A DNA stretch of 64,000 nt, taken from NCBI GenBank assembly GCA_040218735.1, contig JAVJQW010000042.1:224001-288000 (forward strand), written 5' to 3'. The notes under the pieces are model-generated. The model was not told where the DNA came from, ran no database searches, and saw only the letters and a program-made list of their open reading frames with translations. How positions within the stretch are numbered: the stretch's first letter is position 1; every line of letters starts with the position of its first letter. Of this stretch, positions 1 through 9,727 are shown in pieces. The position numbers and the translations under genes were made by a program. This DNA is from Deltaproteobacteria bacterium (lineage in GTDB: Bacteria > Myxococcota > Kuafuiibacteriia > Kuafuiibacteriales > Kuafuiibacteriaceae).

Positions 1-1
1 G

Positions 2-493
2 TGGCTCGTACTCGCAGCGTCGCTCAGCGGGGCCGGTGACGTCGTGGACGTCCCCACGGACCGTTTTGTCTCGGGGTGCGCCGGCCTCGAGATGCAATCG
101 CGGCGCAACGCACTCACCGTCGAGTGTCGCGTACGCGGTAGTGGCGTAGAGCTCGTGATCGACGACGGCGACATCGCCGGGCTCGCGCTTCGCGCGAAGC
201 GATGGCCGACGCACATCCGTGTCGTGCTGCGCGCCTGGAGCTTCGAAAACGTGCAGGCGTACGTCGCCCCGACGAAGGGGGAGCCGCGTAGCGTTCGCCT
301 GACGAACGGCAAGAGTGACGATCCGATCGTGAAGGGCCTCGGCCGCACGACGAAGAAGGTCGGCGAGCGGAAGATCAGCGAAGACGTCGTGATCCCCGAG
401 CACGTCGTCACGGTGATCTTCGAGGTCGACGGTTCTGCGCTCGCGCCCGGCGACTCGGTGGGGGTCTCCTGGATCGACGCCTACCGACGCTGA
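2..493 (+). CDS. Hypothetical secreted protein, probably 5'-truncated by the window edge
   Basis: The frame of ORF 44..493 is open from position 2 (WLVLAASLSGAGD..., signal-peptide-like); codon usage is typical for the genome. Confidence 0.55.
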   Translation, partial: WLVLAASLSGAGDVVDVPTDRFVSGCAGLEMQSRRNALTVECRVRGSGVELVIDDGDIAGLALRAKRWPTHIRVVLRAWSFENVQAYVAPTKGEPRSVRLTNGKSDDPIVKGLGRTTKKVGERKISEDVVIPEHVVTVIFEVDGSALAPGDSVGVSWIDAYRR

Positions 494-496
494 GCG

Positions 497-1717
497 CTAC
501 GCGAGCACGGCGTCCAACGCACCGTCCGCGTCGTCCACCGTCTCTTCCAGCACTTCGAAGAACGCCGCCTGCTTCGCGCGCGCCTCGTCCGCGGCGCTTT
601 GCGACGTCAGCAACTCGACGATCGCCTGCAGCGCCTCCTCCGGCCGCGCGACGTCCACGTGCGTCTGCATCGCCCGGTACGGGTTGTCTTCGAGGACACG
701 CTCGATCAGGCGGAACAAACCCAGCGGCCACACGTGCCACGGGTACGGCGCGGCTTCCTCGAAGAAGCGCGCGGCCGCGTCGTCGCCGACGGGGGATGCG
801 CCCGAGTTGTGCACCGCGCACACCGGCACCGAGAACGCCGCGGCGCGGATGTTCGTCGTCGCGATCGAGTTCGGCGAAAGCACCAGGTCCGCCGCGCCGA
901 GGAGCCGACGGAACTGCTCGGGGGGCATCTGCGGCACGTGGCGGTACCCCGCGCGCGCTGGGAAGGGTTGGGGCCCGAGGTGGAGGACGGTGAGCGGCGT
1001 CGTCTCACGCACGATGTCGAGCCAGTCGAGTAGGAGCCCCGGCAGGTGCAAGCTGACTTGCGCTGCCTCGCGGTGGCCCGCCATCAGGTGCTGCCACGGC
1101 GACGTCGCGAGGAAGACGACCTTCCCCGTGAGTCCGAGCTCGTCCCGCACCGCGCTACGCTCCGCCTCCGAGGGGGGCGTCTCCTTCTTCATCAACGCGT
1201 ATCGCCCGCGCCCCGGCGTCGACGCGGTGGGCGCGAGGTACGGCGAAGGCATCAGTCGGCGAACTCGATCGGAGGCCTGCACGCCGAAGCGCTGACCGGG
1301 GCGCCCGAACAGATCCACATGCGGGTGGTTCTCGTCCCAGTCGTACAGGTCGAGGCCGACGACGCAGCACGACGCGGCAGCGCGTTCGAGGAACGGCGTG
1401 AGGAGGTTCGGACCCCGGCGGAAGTACCGCGCGAACTCCGGCGAAGTCAGGTAGGCGAGGAGCATGTCCGCGACGAGGAGGACGTCGGGCTTCACTTCGT
1501 CGAAGACCCGCTCCACCTCGCGCACCGCCTCGTGCCCACCCGCCGCCGGGTAGCCGTGCACCGTCGCGCCGAACCACTTCGCGGACCCCTGCGCGAGGGC
1601 GTTGACGAGGACGTGGACGTCGACTTCGCGGCGCAGGCGTCGCAACCAATCGAACGTGAGCGTCAGCTCTCCGGTGCTCGCACCGGAGCAGCCGAGCACG
1701 AGGATGCGGAGCGCCAT
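497..1717 (-). CDS. Glycosyltransferase-like (GT-B fold) protein, possibly DUF6365-like
   Basis: N-terminal beta strand with a G-rich loop (ILVLGCSGASTGE), KPDVLLVAD, and C-terminal 'FRRLLGAADLVLS...RAAAFSVPV' resembling a GT-B nucleotide-sugar binding segment. Confidence 0.5.
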   Translation of the reverse strand: MALRILVLGCSGASTGELTLTFDWLRRLRREVDVHVLVNALAQGSAKWFGATVHGYPAAGGHEAVREVERVFDEVKPDVLLVADMLLAYLTSPEFARYFRRGPNLLTPFLERAAASCCVVGLDLYDWDENHPHVDLFGRPGQRFGVQASDRVRRLMPSPYLAPTASTPGRGRYALMKKETPPSEAERSAVRDELGLTGKVVFLATSPWQHLMAGHREAAQVSLHLPGLLLDWLDIVRETTPLTVLHLGPQPFPARAGYRHVPQMPPEQFRRLLGAADLVLSPNSIATTNIRAAAFSVPVCAVHNSGASPVGDDAAARFFEEAAPYPWHVWPLGLFRLIERVLEDNPYRAMQTHVDVARPEEALQAIVELLTSQSAADEARAKQAAFFEVLEETVDDADGALDAVLA

Positions 1718-1773
1718 CGGGCGGAGCCTAGCGCGAGTTGAGCCCGCGCGAGGACCGTGACAAACACAAATGC

Positions 1774-2874
1774 GTGACGAAGCTCTACGTTCTCGAGCAG
1801 GGGCGTCGAATCGAAGTCTTCGACGATCCCGTCGCCGATGCGCTCGTCCTTGGGCGCAGGCTGTCTTCCTGGCAGGCGTACGCCGCGTCGAACGCGGGGC
1901 TCGAGCTGGAGCGTGTCACCTCGCTCGACGGGCTCGCGCCGCCGTACTTCGTGATGGACGAGGACGTTCACGTCACGACGCGCTACCTGACGGACTTCGT
2001 GGCGGCGGCGGAGCGGGCAGGCAAGAACGCGATCGCGGGCATCGCTTCGAACCCGGTGATCGACGGTGTCGCCAACGCGCACCCGCGCGCGCAGCGGGTG
2101 CCGGGCGGGGTGACGTACGCGCTGCGGTACGTGACGAACGACGACGCACCGACGCCGATCCTGCTGGCGATGGACGACCTGCAGTACTCGGCCACGCGCC
2201 TGCCCGCGGCTATTCAGACGAACAACCCGGTTTACTTCTGCGAGAGCACGCGCGCGCTCCTTCAGATCGGATCGCCGCTGCACGTCTACCAGGCCAACAT
2301 GCACCAGAACTTGGAGCGTGCCTCGGGGCTGCTCGACGGCAGCAACGACATCGGCAAGAACTGCGACATCCACCCGACCGCCTACCTGGAGGGGTGCACC
2401 GTGGGGGATGGCGCGACGATCGGTGCGCATGCTGTCTTGCGGTGGTCCGACATCGGGGAGCGCGCGCACGTCTACGACAGCGTGAACATGCTGCGGGGCG
2501 TGATCGGCGAGGGCACGACCGTTCACCTGCAGCACCGCGTCGTACACGCGGTGACCTATCCGGAGTGTTTCATCATCTCCGGCGCGCTCCAGTTCTCGAT
2601 CATGGGTCGGGCGTCCGCGATCTTCGCGGCCTGGATCACCGACGCTCGGATGGACGAGAAGTCGGTACGCACGGTCGTCGACGGGCAGGTCGTCGACAGC
2701 GGGATGCGCTTCCTCGGCGCCCTCGTAGGACACGGTGCGAAGGTCACCGCCGGCGTGGTCACGGCGCCGGGGCGCGTGGTCCCGAGTGGTGCGACCATCC
2801 ACCCGAGTGGTCAGGACGTCTACACGGGCTGGCCCGCCGGGGCCGACGTCAACACCCCGTTCTTCTTGGGTTGA
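1774..2874 (+). CDS. Left-handed beta-helix (hexapeptide repeat) acyltransferase-like protein
   Basis: Hexapeptide repeats IGKNCDIHPTAYLEGCTVGDGATIGAHAVL and VGHGAKVTAGVVTAPGRVVP; GTG start at 1774 chosen (TTG at 1738 is possible). Confidence 0.65.
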   Translation: MTKLYVLEQGRRIEVFDDPVADALVLGRRLSSWQAYAASNAGLELERVTSLDGLAPPYFVMDEDVHVTTRYLTDFVAAAERAGKNAIAGIASNPVIDGVANAHPRAQRVPGGVTYALRYVTNDDAPTPILLAMDDLQYSATRLPAAIQTNNPVYFCESTRALLQIGSPLHVYQANMHQNLERASGLLDGSNDIGKNCDIHPTAYLEGCTVGDGATIGAHAVLRWSDIGERAHVYDSVNMLRGVIGEGTTVHLQHRVVHAVTYPECFIISGALQFSIMGRASAIFAAWITDARMDEKSVRTVVDGQVVDSGMRFLGALVGHGAKVTAGVVTAPGRVVPSGATIHPSGQDVYTGWPAGADVNTPFFLG

Positions 2875-2904
2875 ATCCTAAGTTGAGACCAAACCGGTAT
2901 TCTT

Positions 2905-2929
2905 TCTCAGAAACTGCTCGATTCTGAGA
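2905..2929. promoter_or_regulatory. Candidate operator: inverted repeat TCTCAGAA-N9-TTCTGAGA
   Basis: Perfect 8-bp inverted repeat in an AT-richer intergenic gap just upstream of the 2952 start codon. Confidence 0.3.
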
Positions 2930-2951
2930 CACGGGCGCCGATGGGTTTCAC

Positions 2952-4328
2952 ATGGCGCTTGGGGATCTCACCATCGTTGGCGGAAACGCGGCGTGCCTGG
3001 TGGCCGCGCACGAGAGTGCTCTCGCGGGGGCGCGCGTGAAGCTCCTGCTCCCATCGGCGGGGCTCCACCCGGCGACGGTCACCGGTCGTCGCGTCGACAC
3101 GGGGCCGCGCTATGTCGCGGTGCGCAAGAACGAGCTCCTGGATCCGGTGGAGCGTGCGTTGGCGCGCGTGGGGGCGTCGTCGCAGCACGTCGAGCGGTTC
3201 GTGACGCAGACGCTGGAGGTGCCGCTCGTCGAGACGCCGGCGCCGCAGATGATGTTCCGGGGCCACCGTTGTCCGGACCTCTTCGCGACGAACGATCCCG
3301 CGGCGCTCGCGGCGCTCCTCACCGTCGAGGAGGTCGCGTGTATGCGCGACGAGCTCGCTTCGCGAACGTGGCGTCCGACCGGAACGATCGAGCAGGCGTC
3401 GCTGTACAACCACGGCGACACCTTCACGCGGCTCTTCGTCGAGCCGCGCGCCGAGAAGGTCTACCCCGCGTCGTGGCGCATCGTGGACGTGCGCGATCGT
3501 CGCCGCCTCGACCTCCCGCTGATCGACCCCGTCGTCCTGCGCGCGGCGCTCTACGGCTACTCACCGGTGCTGCCCACCATCCCGACGTACTACTATCCGG
3601 AGTGCGGCAACTTCTCGGTGATCGCGGAGCGTCTCTACGAGCTCGTGCTCCGCAACCCATCGATCGAGGTCCATGAGTTTTCGAGGATCGAGGGGCTCGA
3701 CGATTCTCGAACGAACCTCGTCACCGATCACGGTGACCACGCGATCGAAGGCCCGCTCGTCCTCGGCGTCTCGATCGATCAACTCTCGCCGCTCGCGCGC
3801 CTGTCGGACATCTGCGACCTACAGCGCTTCGACGTGGCGTGGTTCGAAGTCGAACGCGACGCGGTCTCTCCCGCCGCGTACGTCAACCTGATGGACGCGA
3901 ACCACGACGCGTTCCGGGCGAGCTTCGGCGGGCGAACCGACGACCCCGCGAAGACGATCCTCTGCCTGGAGCTCGCCGCTGGCGGCGACGCGGAAGCAGC
4001 CCTGACGGCGTCCGAGCTGGTCGCGCCGGGCTCGAGCGTCGAGCGCATCGGCCGTCTGTCGAGCGTCGCGCGCATCGCTCCGTCGGTGCGCAACCGCCGC
4101 CTCGTCGACTGGGCGAAGCGTCGCCTCGCGGACCTCGACCCGATCTACGTCGGGCTGCTCCACGACTTCTCGGACGGCACGATGACCGAACACCTGCGCC
4201 AAGGCCTTCGCGCCGCGCTCATGGTGAAGAGCCGCCTCGAAGCGAACCGCACCCTCGAGTCCGACCTCCTCCCGAGCGTGCCGCTGTCCGCCTTCGGCGC
4301 CGAGACGCCGATGCCTTCGTACAACTAA
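2952..4328 (+). CDS. FAD/NAD(P)-binding oxidoreductase (protoporphyrinogen oxidase/UDP-galactopyranose mutase-like), degenerate Rossmann motif
   Basis: N-terminal TIVGGNAACLVAA, VDTGPRY, FVEPRAEKVY and YYYPECG segments typical of this flavoprotein family. Confidence 0.5.
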   Translation: MALGDLTIVGGNAACLVAAHESALAGARVKLLLPSAGLHPATVTGRRVDTGPRYVAVRKNELLDPVERALARVGASSQHVERFVTQTLEVPLVETPAPQMMFRGHRCPDLFATNDPAALAALLTVEEVACMRDELASRTWRPTGTIEQASLYNHGDTFTRLFVEPRAEKVYPASWRIVDVRDRRRLDLPLIDPVVLRAALYGYSPVLPTIPTYYYPECGNFSVIAERLYELVLRNPSIEVHEFSRIEGLDDSRTNLVTDHGDHAIEGPLVLGVSIDQLSPLARLSDICDLQRFDVAWFEVERDAVSPAAYVNLMDANHDAFRASFGGRTDDPAKTILCLELAAGGDAEAALTASELVAPGSSVERIGRLSSVARIAPSVRNRRLVDWAKRRLADLDPIYVGLLHDFSDGTMTEHLRQGLRAALMVKSRLEANRTLESDLLPSVPLSAFGAETPMPSYN

Positions 4329-5095
4329 GTCCCGAACACCAAGCCGCGCTCCGCGAGGAGACGCATCGTCGATGCCAACCCCTCGGGGGTGCCCACGTCC
4401 CGGAACACGCCGTCTTCCAGCTCGAGCGCGGTGACGCCGAAGCCGGCGACGCGGGCGGCTTCCATCGCGTCGCTGAGGATGCCGGGGGCGTCGCCTCGGT
4501 TTTCGTCCCAGTCCGCGCAGAACTTCGTGAAGCGCGCCGACCACGACAGCACCCCCCACGTGTTCCGCACCGGGGCGACCTTCGGTTTGTCGTGAATGCG
4601 CACGACCGCGCCGTCGACGATCTCGACCGGGGCGAGTCGCTCCGGCTCCTCCGTCGGGAAGACGCCGAGCGCGAGATCCGCGCCGGCGGCGACGCGGTGT
4701 TCGTGAAGGCGTTTGAGCGCGTCGGTCGGGAAGATGACGGTGTCGGGGAGCGCGAACAACACGTCGGCGTCGCCGAGCCAGCGCGCCGCGGTGCGGACGA
4801 CGTGGGTGAGCCCGAGCGGTTCGCGCTGCACGACGTAGGCGATCGGCACGCCGACATCCTCGCCGTCGCCGAGCACGCGGACCAGCTCTCCTTTACCGTC
4901 CGAGATGACGACGAAGCAGCGCTCCGCGTTGGCGACGCGGAGCGCGTCCAGCGAGAAGCGACACACCGGCGCGGGGAGCGCGCGGTCCGGATCGCCGTCC
5001 TCCTTCAAGAGCAGCGGGAACAACTCCTTCGGGGACCGGTAGGGGCGCAGCCGCATCGCCTGACCGGCGGCGGGGAGCAGGCCGACGACGCTCAC
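4325..5095 (-). CDS. Sugar-phosphate nucleotidyltransferase (RmlA/dTDP-glucose pyrophosphorylase-like)
   Basis: GLLPAAGQAMRLRPYRSPKELFP, QREPLGL, DKP and FRDVGTPE motifs; GTG start overlaps the upstream stop (GTGA at 5092-5095). Confidence 0.85.
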   Translation of the reverse strand: MSVVGLLPAAGQAMRLRPYRSPKELFPLLLKEDGDPDRALPAPVCRFSLDALRVANAERCFVVISDGKGELVRVLGDGEDVGVPIAYVVQREPLGLTHVVRTAARWLGDADVLFALPDTVIFPTDALKRLHEHRVAAGADLALGVFPTEEPERLAPVEIVDGAVVRIHDKPKVAPVRNTWGVLSWSARFTKFCADWDENRGDAPGILSDAMEAARVAGFGVTALELEDGVFRDVGTPEGLASTMRLLAERGLVFGT

Positions 5096-5862
5096 CGGTC
5101 CCCTCCCTTGCGCCAGTACACACACTGTCCGTCGACGACGTGGATCGGCGCGTCAATCTGCCTTGCACCGCGGAACTCGTCGATCGCTTGGCGGCAGTAG
5201 GTCCAGTCGTCCTCGCCGTAGTCGTCGACGATGATGAAGCCGCCGTCCGTGACCTTGTCGTAGAGCGCGAGGAGCGGGTCGCGCGTCGACTCGTAGTAGT
5301 CGCCGTCGAGGCGGAGCACGGCGATCTGTTCGATCGGCGCGTCGGGGAGGGTGTCCTTGAACCACCCCTTCAGGAACTTCACGCGGTCGTCGAGGAGCCC
5401 GTAGCTCGCGAAGTTCTTCTGAACGTCCTCGAGCGACACGGCGAGGTTGTCGAGCGGACCGGACAGGAGCGGTCCATCGTGCGCGGCGGCCTCCTTCGGA
5501 TAGAGCGTCGGGTCGGGGCGTGGCAGGCCTTCGAACGAATCAGCCGCCCACACGACGCGTTCTTCGTCGCCGAGCACGTCGAGCATCGCGCGCATGTAGA
5601 TCGTGACGCCGCCGCGCCACACGCCGGTCTCCACGAGGTCGCCCGCGATGCCGTCGCCGAGCGCGGCGCGTACGCAGTGGTCGACGTTGTCGAGCCGCGC
5701 GAGCGGCACACACGTGTGCGGGTACGGATTCGCGAAGTAGTGGCCGATGAACTGCTCGAGGTACTTCTCGACGGGCACGCCGGAGCGCGCGGGCTCCTCG
5801 GCGTAGATCGTCCCGGTGAGCGTTCGTTTCAGAAGATCGAGATACCGCCGCCCGAGGTCCAC
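5092..5862 (-). CDS. TylF/MycF/NovP-family SAM-dependent O-methyltransferase
   Basis: GDLVETGVWRGG, ADSFEGLP, KGWFKDTLP, LRLDGDYYEST, IIVDDY motifs. Confidence 0.93.
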   Translation of the reverse strand: MDLGRRYLDLLKRTLTGTIYAEEPARSGVPVEKYLEQFIGHYFANPYPHTCVPLARLDNVDHCVRAALGDGIAGDLVETGVWRGGVTIYMRAMLDVLGDEERVVWAADSFEGLPRPDPTLYPKEAAAHDGPLLSGPLDNLAVSLEDVQKNFASYGLLDDRVKFLKGWFKDTLPDAPIEQIAVLRLDGDYYESTRDPLLALYDKVTDGGFIIVDDYGEDDWTYCRQAIDEFRGARQIDAPIHVVDGQCVYWRKGGDR

Positions 5863-5896
5863 GGGCCAAACGTTACCGCAACCCCCGGTGCGTGCG

Positions 5897-6313
5897 CGCG
5901 GTGCCAGTCAGGATGTAAGCCGAGTTCTGTGCGCCCCCGAAGGGGCACCGCGACCATTCTTCTAGGCGCGCCGTTACCGACGCGCTCCAGCGGTCATACC
6001 CGGACCCCCAGACGGGCCGCCTGGTGCGCGGTCGAGCCGCGCCTGGGTCCCTATTCGACCTTGCTCCGGGTGGGGTTTACCGTGCCGCCCGTGTCACCAC
6101 GCGCGCGGTGCGCTCTTACCGCACCGGTTCGCCCTGACCTCGTCCCCGCCCCGAGGGGCGGCTGAGAGGCGGTCTGTTTTCTGTGGCACTGTCCTGCAAG
6201 TCACCTCGACTGGCCGTTGACCAGCACCCTTGCCCTACGGAGCTCGGACTTTCCTCCCGCGCCGCGGACCGAAGCCCGTGACGCCGGCGGCCGCGCACCT
6301 GACTGGCACCGCG
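5897..6313 (-). ncRNA. rnpB: RNase P RNA, bacterial type A
   Basis: Minus strand carries GAGGAAAGTCCGAGCTCC, AGTGCCACAGAAAACAGACCGCC, GGTAAACCCCACCCGGAGCAAG and ACAGAACTCGGCTTAC; terminal P1 helix CGCGGTGCCAGTCAGG/CCTGACTGGCACCGCG. Confidence 0.97.
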
Positions 6314-6381
6314 AGCACGCCGTTTGGATCTACGCGGCTTTTCTCGGCACGTCCACGGGGTTTTGCGTAGTCTTCGCTCCG

Positions 6382-7662
6382 ATGCGAACGGCGCTCCTGC
6401 TCGCGGCTCTCCTCGTCCCGTCGACGGCGCTCGCGGACCAGATCGTGGTGCCGCAGGTCGCGACCAGCGGCGTCGACGAAGACATCGCCACGCTCGTCAC
6501 CGAGCTGATCCTCGAGGCGCTCCTCAACCGCCACGGCGTGAAGGCGCTCGGGCCGTCCGACGTGAAGGACATGCTGAATCTCGAACAGCAGAAGATGCTG
6601 ATGGGCTGCGATCAGAACAGCTGCATGGCGGAGCTCGCCGGTGCGATGGGGGCGAAGCGCGTCGTCGCCGGCCGCGTCGGGCGGCTCGGTTCGCTCTTCG
6701 TCGTGACGCTCAAGCTCGTCGACACCACGTCGGCGCAGATCATCGCGCGCGCGTCGCGCCGCTTCGACAAGGTGGAGCGCGTCCCGGAGGCGGTGGGGCC
6801 GCTCGTCGACGATCTCCTCCAGTCGAAGCCGCGCACCCAAACGACGGCGCCGATCCTGGAGACGTCCGCGCCGCGCGAGAAGAAGGAGACGATGCACGTC
6901 CGCGAGCTGTGCAAGGCGGCGGAGAAGTACGCGGAGCGCCTGCGCAAACAGGCGTGGGATCGAGCGCGCGTGCAGGAGCGCACCGCGATGCTCGAGGATC
7001 TGCTCTACACGCCGTTCCTCAAGGAGTTCGACGAGAAGGTCGGGTGCGTGAACAGCTGGGGCGGGCGCGTGCGTTCGGACCTGTTCCGCGATCTCTATCG
7101 TTCGACCACCGAGAAGGACGCCGACGATCGCCGTCGTCGCTTGCTCGAGTGGATCGAGATGGAGCGCGTCGTGCCGCTGCTCGTCGAGGCGTACCACGTG
7201 GGTTTCGAGAAGGAGAAACACGGCGCGGGTCGCCGCCCGGCGAAGCTGCCGTTCCGCATCGAGACCCGCGAACCGGATCGCCCCGCCGACACGGAGGAGG
7301 TGCGGCGCTTCATCGACGACTACGCGTCGGCGCAGCAGGTGCTCGGCCAGGCGTTGGCGGCCGGCAAGAAGAAGAAGCAAAAGTCGTTCGAGGGGCTGTG
7401 GACGCCGGAGGATCCGAACAACTCGCGGACCTCGCTGAAGTACGTCTTCGACTCGGTCTCGAACTACTGGAAGAACGGCTACGCGGTCGACCTGTGCCCG
7501 CTGTTCATCCTCGCCGCGTCGGAGATCGAGGACTCCGCGAAGGACTACGCCAAGGACGGCAAGCTCGACGCGTGTTTCCGCCGCCAGAAGGGCACGTACG
7601 TGACGCGTGATCGCGTCGCGATGAAGAAGGTCGGCTCGAAGTGGCGCGTGGACCGCTGGTAG
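6382..7662 (+). CDS. Secreted hypothetical protein with N-terminal TolB-N/CsgG-like alpha-beta domain
   Basis: Signal peptide MRTALLLAALLVPSTALA; 'GCDQNSCMAELAGAMGAKRVVAGRVGRLG' motif; the upstream in-frame extension overlaps rnpB, so the start is placed at ATG 6382. Confidence 0.6.
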   Translation: MRTALLLAALLVPSTALADQIVVPQVATSGVDEDIATLVTELILEALLNRHGVKALGPSDVKDMLNLEQQKMLMGCDQNSCMAELAGAMGAKRVVAGRVGRLGSLFVVTLKLVDTTSAQIIARASRRFDKVERVPEAVGPLVDDLLQSKPRTQTTAPILETSAPREKKETMHVRELCKAAEKYAERLRKQAWDRARVQERTAMLEDLLYTPFLKEFDEKVGCVNSWGGRVRSDLFRDLYRSTTEKDADDRRRRLLEWIEMERVVPLLVEAYHVGFEKEKHGAGRRPAKLPFRIETREPDRPADTEEVRRFIDDYASAQQVLGQALAAGKKKKQKSFEGLWTPEDPNNSRTSLKYVFDSVSNYWKNGYAVDLCPLFILAASEIEDSAKDYAKDGKLDACFRRQKGTYVTRDRVAMKKVGSKWRVDRW

Positions 7663-7696
7663 CTACCCTCGGATCTGGGCTGCGCAACGGCGCCCG

Positions 7697-8656
7697 CTAA
7701 CTCACGCGCTCCGTCGCGTAGGCCACGAGCTTCTGCCCGTCCACGTAGAACTTCCGGATGCCCTCGGCGAGCTTCTCGACGGCCATCGCGTCCTCGTTGT
7801 GCATCCAGCGGTACGTCTGCTCGTTCATGTCGATCCGCGCGACGTCGTCCGCCTTGGCCTTCTCCACCGTGAGTCGTGGCTCGAGCGTACCCTCGGTCGA
7901 CTTCAGCTCTTCGAGGAGGTTCGGGCTGATCGTGAGGAGGTCGCAGCCGGTGAGCTGGGTGATCTGCCCGGCCTTGCGGAAGCTCGCGCCCATCACCTCG
8001 GTCTTGAAGTCGTACTTCTTGAAGTACGTGTAGATGCGCTCCACCGACGCGACGCCCGGGTCGTCCTCGATCGCGATGTCGTCGACGCCCTGGTCCTTCT
8101 TGAACCAGTCGTAGATGCGCCCGACGAACGGCGAGATCAGCGTGACGCGCGCCTCCGCGCACGCAACGGCCTGCGCGAAGCTGAACAGCAGCGTGAGGTT
8201 GGTGTGGATGCCTTCCTTCTCGAGCTGCTCCGCGGCGCGGATGCCTTCCCACGTGGCGCCGACCTTGATGAGGATGCGCTCGCGATCGATCCCCTCCTTC
8301 TCGTACAGGCCGATCAGGTGGCGCGCCTTGTCGATCGTGCGCGACGTGTCGAACGACAGACGCGCGTCGACCTCCGTCGAGACGCGGCCCGGAATGATGT
8401 CGAGGATGCGCCGCCCGAAGTTGACGAAGAGTTTGTCGACGAACGCGTCGGCGCGCGCGGCGACCGCGCCGCTGTCCTTCTTGCCGAACGCGAGCGCGTC
8501 CTCCACGAGGTCCTTGTAGCTGTCGTCTTGGCTCGCCTTGAGGAGCAGCGACGGGTTCGTCGTCGCGTCGCGCGGGGTGTACTGGGCGATGGCGTCGATG
8601 TCGCCGGTGTCGGCGACGATGATCGAGTGCTGCTTCAGGGCGTCGAGGAGGCTCAT
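7697..8656 (-). CDS. tal: Transaldolase
   Basis: [55 protein letters not shown]. Confidence 0.97.
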   Translation of the reverse strand: MSLLDALKQHSIIVADTGDIDAIAQYTPRDATTNPSLLLKASQDDSYKDLVEDALAFGKKDSGAVAARADAFVDKLFVNFGRRILDIIPGRVSTEVDARLSFDTSRTIDKARHLIGLYEKEGIDRERILIKVGATWEGIRAAEQLEKEGIHTNLTLLFSFAQAVACAEARVTLISPFVGRIYDWFKKDQGVDDIAIEDDPGVASVERIYTYFKKYDFKTEVMGASFRKAGQITQLTGCDLLTISPNLLEELKSTEGTLEPRLTVEKAKADDVARIDMNEQTYRWMHNEDAMAVEKLAEGIRKFYVDGQKLVAYATERVS

Positions 8657-8690
8657 GACCGCCGAGCCTACAACCCGCGCCTCGGGGAGG

Positions 8691-9641
8691 CTACCGCCGA
8701 GGTAGAACGAACCGCACGACGCCGTCCGCCTCCGATTCGGCGGTGAAGCCGCACTTTTCGAGCACACGAATGGAGGGGCCGCCGTCGGGGAGCGTTTGGG
8801 CCACGACGCGCTCCACACGTTCGTCCGCGAAGGCGTGATCGACCAGGGCCTTCGCCGCCTCCGTTGCGAACCCATTCTTTTGAAACGATTCTACGACGGC
8901 GTAGCCGATCTCGACTTCGCCATCCTTCGGCGGACCCTTGAAGCCGCCCGCGCCGACCACCACGCGCGGGCTCCGCTGCACGAAGTACCACGTCCACCAC
9001 CCGCGCTGCTCCGGGCCCTCGCCGAGCCGCGCGATCGAATAGTCGATCGCCTGGGCGTCGTAGTACTGCGGCGGCCAATCGGCCGGGACCTCGGCGTTCA
9101 ACCCCGCCGCCAGGATCTCGGGGCCGCGTTTGTCGGCGTGGAGGAGATCCAACGTCGCGGCCGCGAGCTCGAGGTGCTCCGTCTTCGTGCGCTCCGGCGT
9201 GAGCGCGTGCAGGAGCGCGGCGTGTTCGGGCGGGCAGGACAGGTCGTCGCGGCTCCCCAGGCGGAAGCGCGCGAGGTCGAACCCGGGTGTCATCGTCGTC
9301 CCCATCAGCGCGAATCGTCCGCCGGGGATCAACCGCGAGCCTTGCCACACGCCGGACGGGACGAGGTGCTGCACGCGCTGCCCGGCGGCGAGGTCCGCGC
9401 CGAGGTGCACGACCTCCGCGCCGTCGTCGGTGAGCATCAGCATCTCGACGGGATCACCGAGGTAGAAGTGGTACAGCTCCGGGTCTTCGAGGCGGTGCAT
9501 CAGCGAGCACGTGTCGGGCGTGAGCATGTAGAAGATCGCCGTGGCGTCACCTTCGCCCTGTCGATACGTCTCCTTGTAGAACCCACCCTCGAACCCCAGC
9601 GGCGTCAGGCCGAGGTGCGCGATGATCTCGTCCGCGTTCAT
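8691..9641 (-). CDS. Cupin_5 (DUF985) domain fused to RimJ/RimL-type GNAT acetyltransferase
   Basis: [40 protein letters not shown] followed by [15 protein letters not shown]...[10 protein letters not shown]...[10 protein letters not shown]. Confidence 0.8.
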   Translation of the reverse strand: MNADEIIAHLGLTPLGFEGGFYKETYRQGEGDATAIFYMLTPDTCSLMHRLEDPELYHFYLGDPVEMLMLTDDGAEVVHLGADLAAGQRVQHLVPSGVWQGSRLIPGGRFALMGTTMTPGFDLARFRLGSRDDLSCPPEHAALLHALTPERTKTEHLELAAATLDLLHADKRGPEILAAGLNAEVPADWPPQYYDAQAIDYSIARLGEGPEQRGWWTWYFVQRSPRVVVGAGGFKGPPKDGEVEIGYAVVESFQKNGFATEAAKALVDHAFADERVERVVAQTLPDGGPSIRVLEKCGFTAESEADGVVRFVLPRR

Positions 9642-9727
9642 CGCGCGGACCCTACGCGAGGTGGCGGGGTGCACCCAAGTGCTTGGCCCCCGCGGCGACG
9701 TGTGCTCCTGTGCTCGCGTTCGCACCC

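Noticed and set aside
5897-6313. Terminal inverted repeat resembling MITE/IS ends
   Set aside because: It is the P1 helix of RNase P RNA.
6217-6381. N-terminal extension of ORF 6217..7662
   Set aside because: Overlaps rnpB on the opposite strand; the signal peptide begins at ATG 6382.
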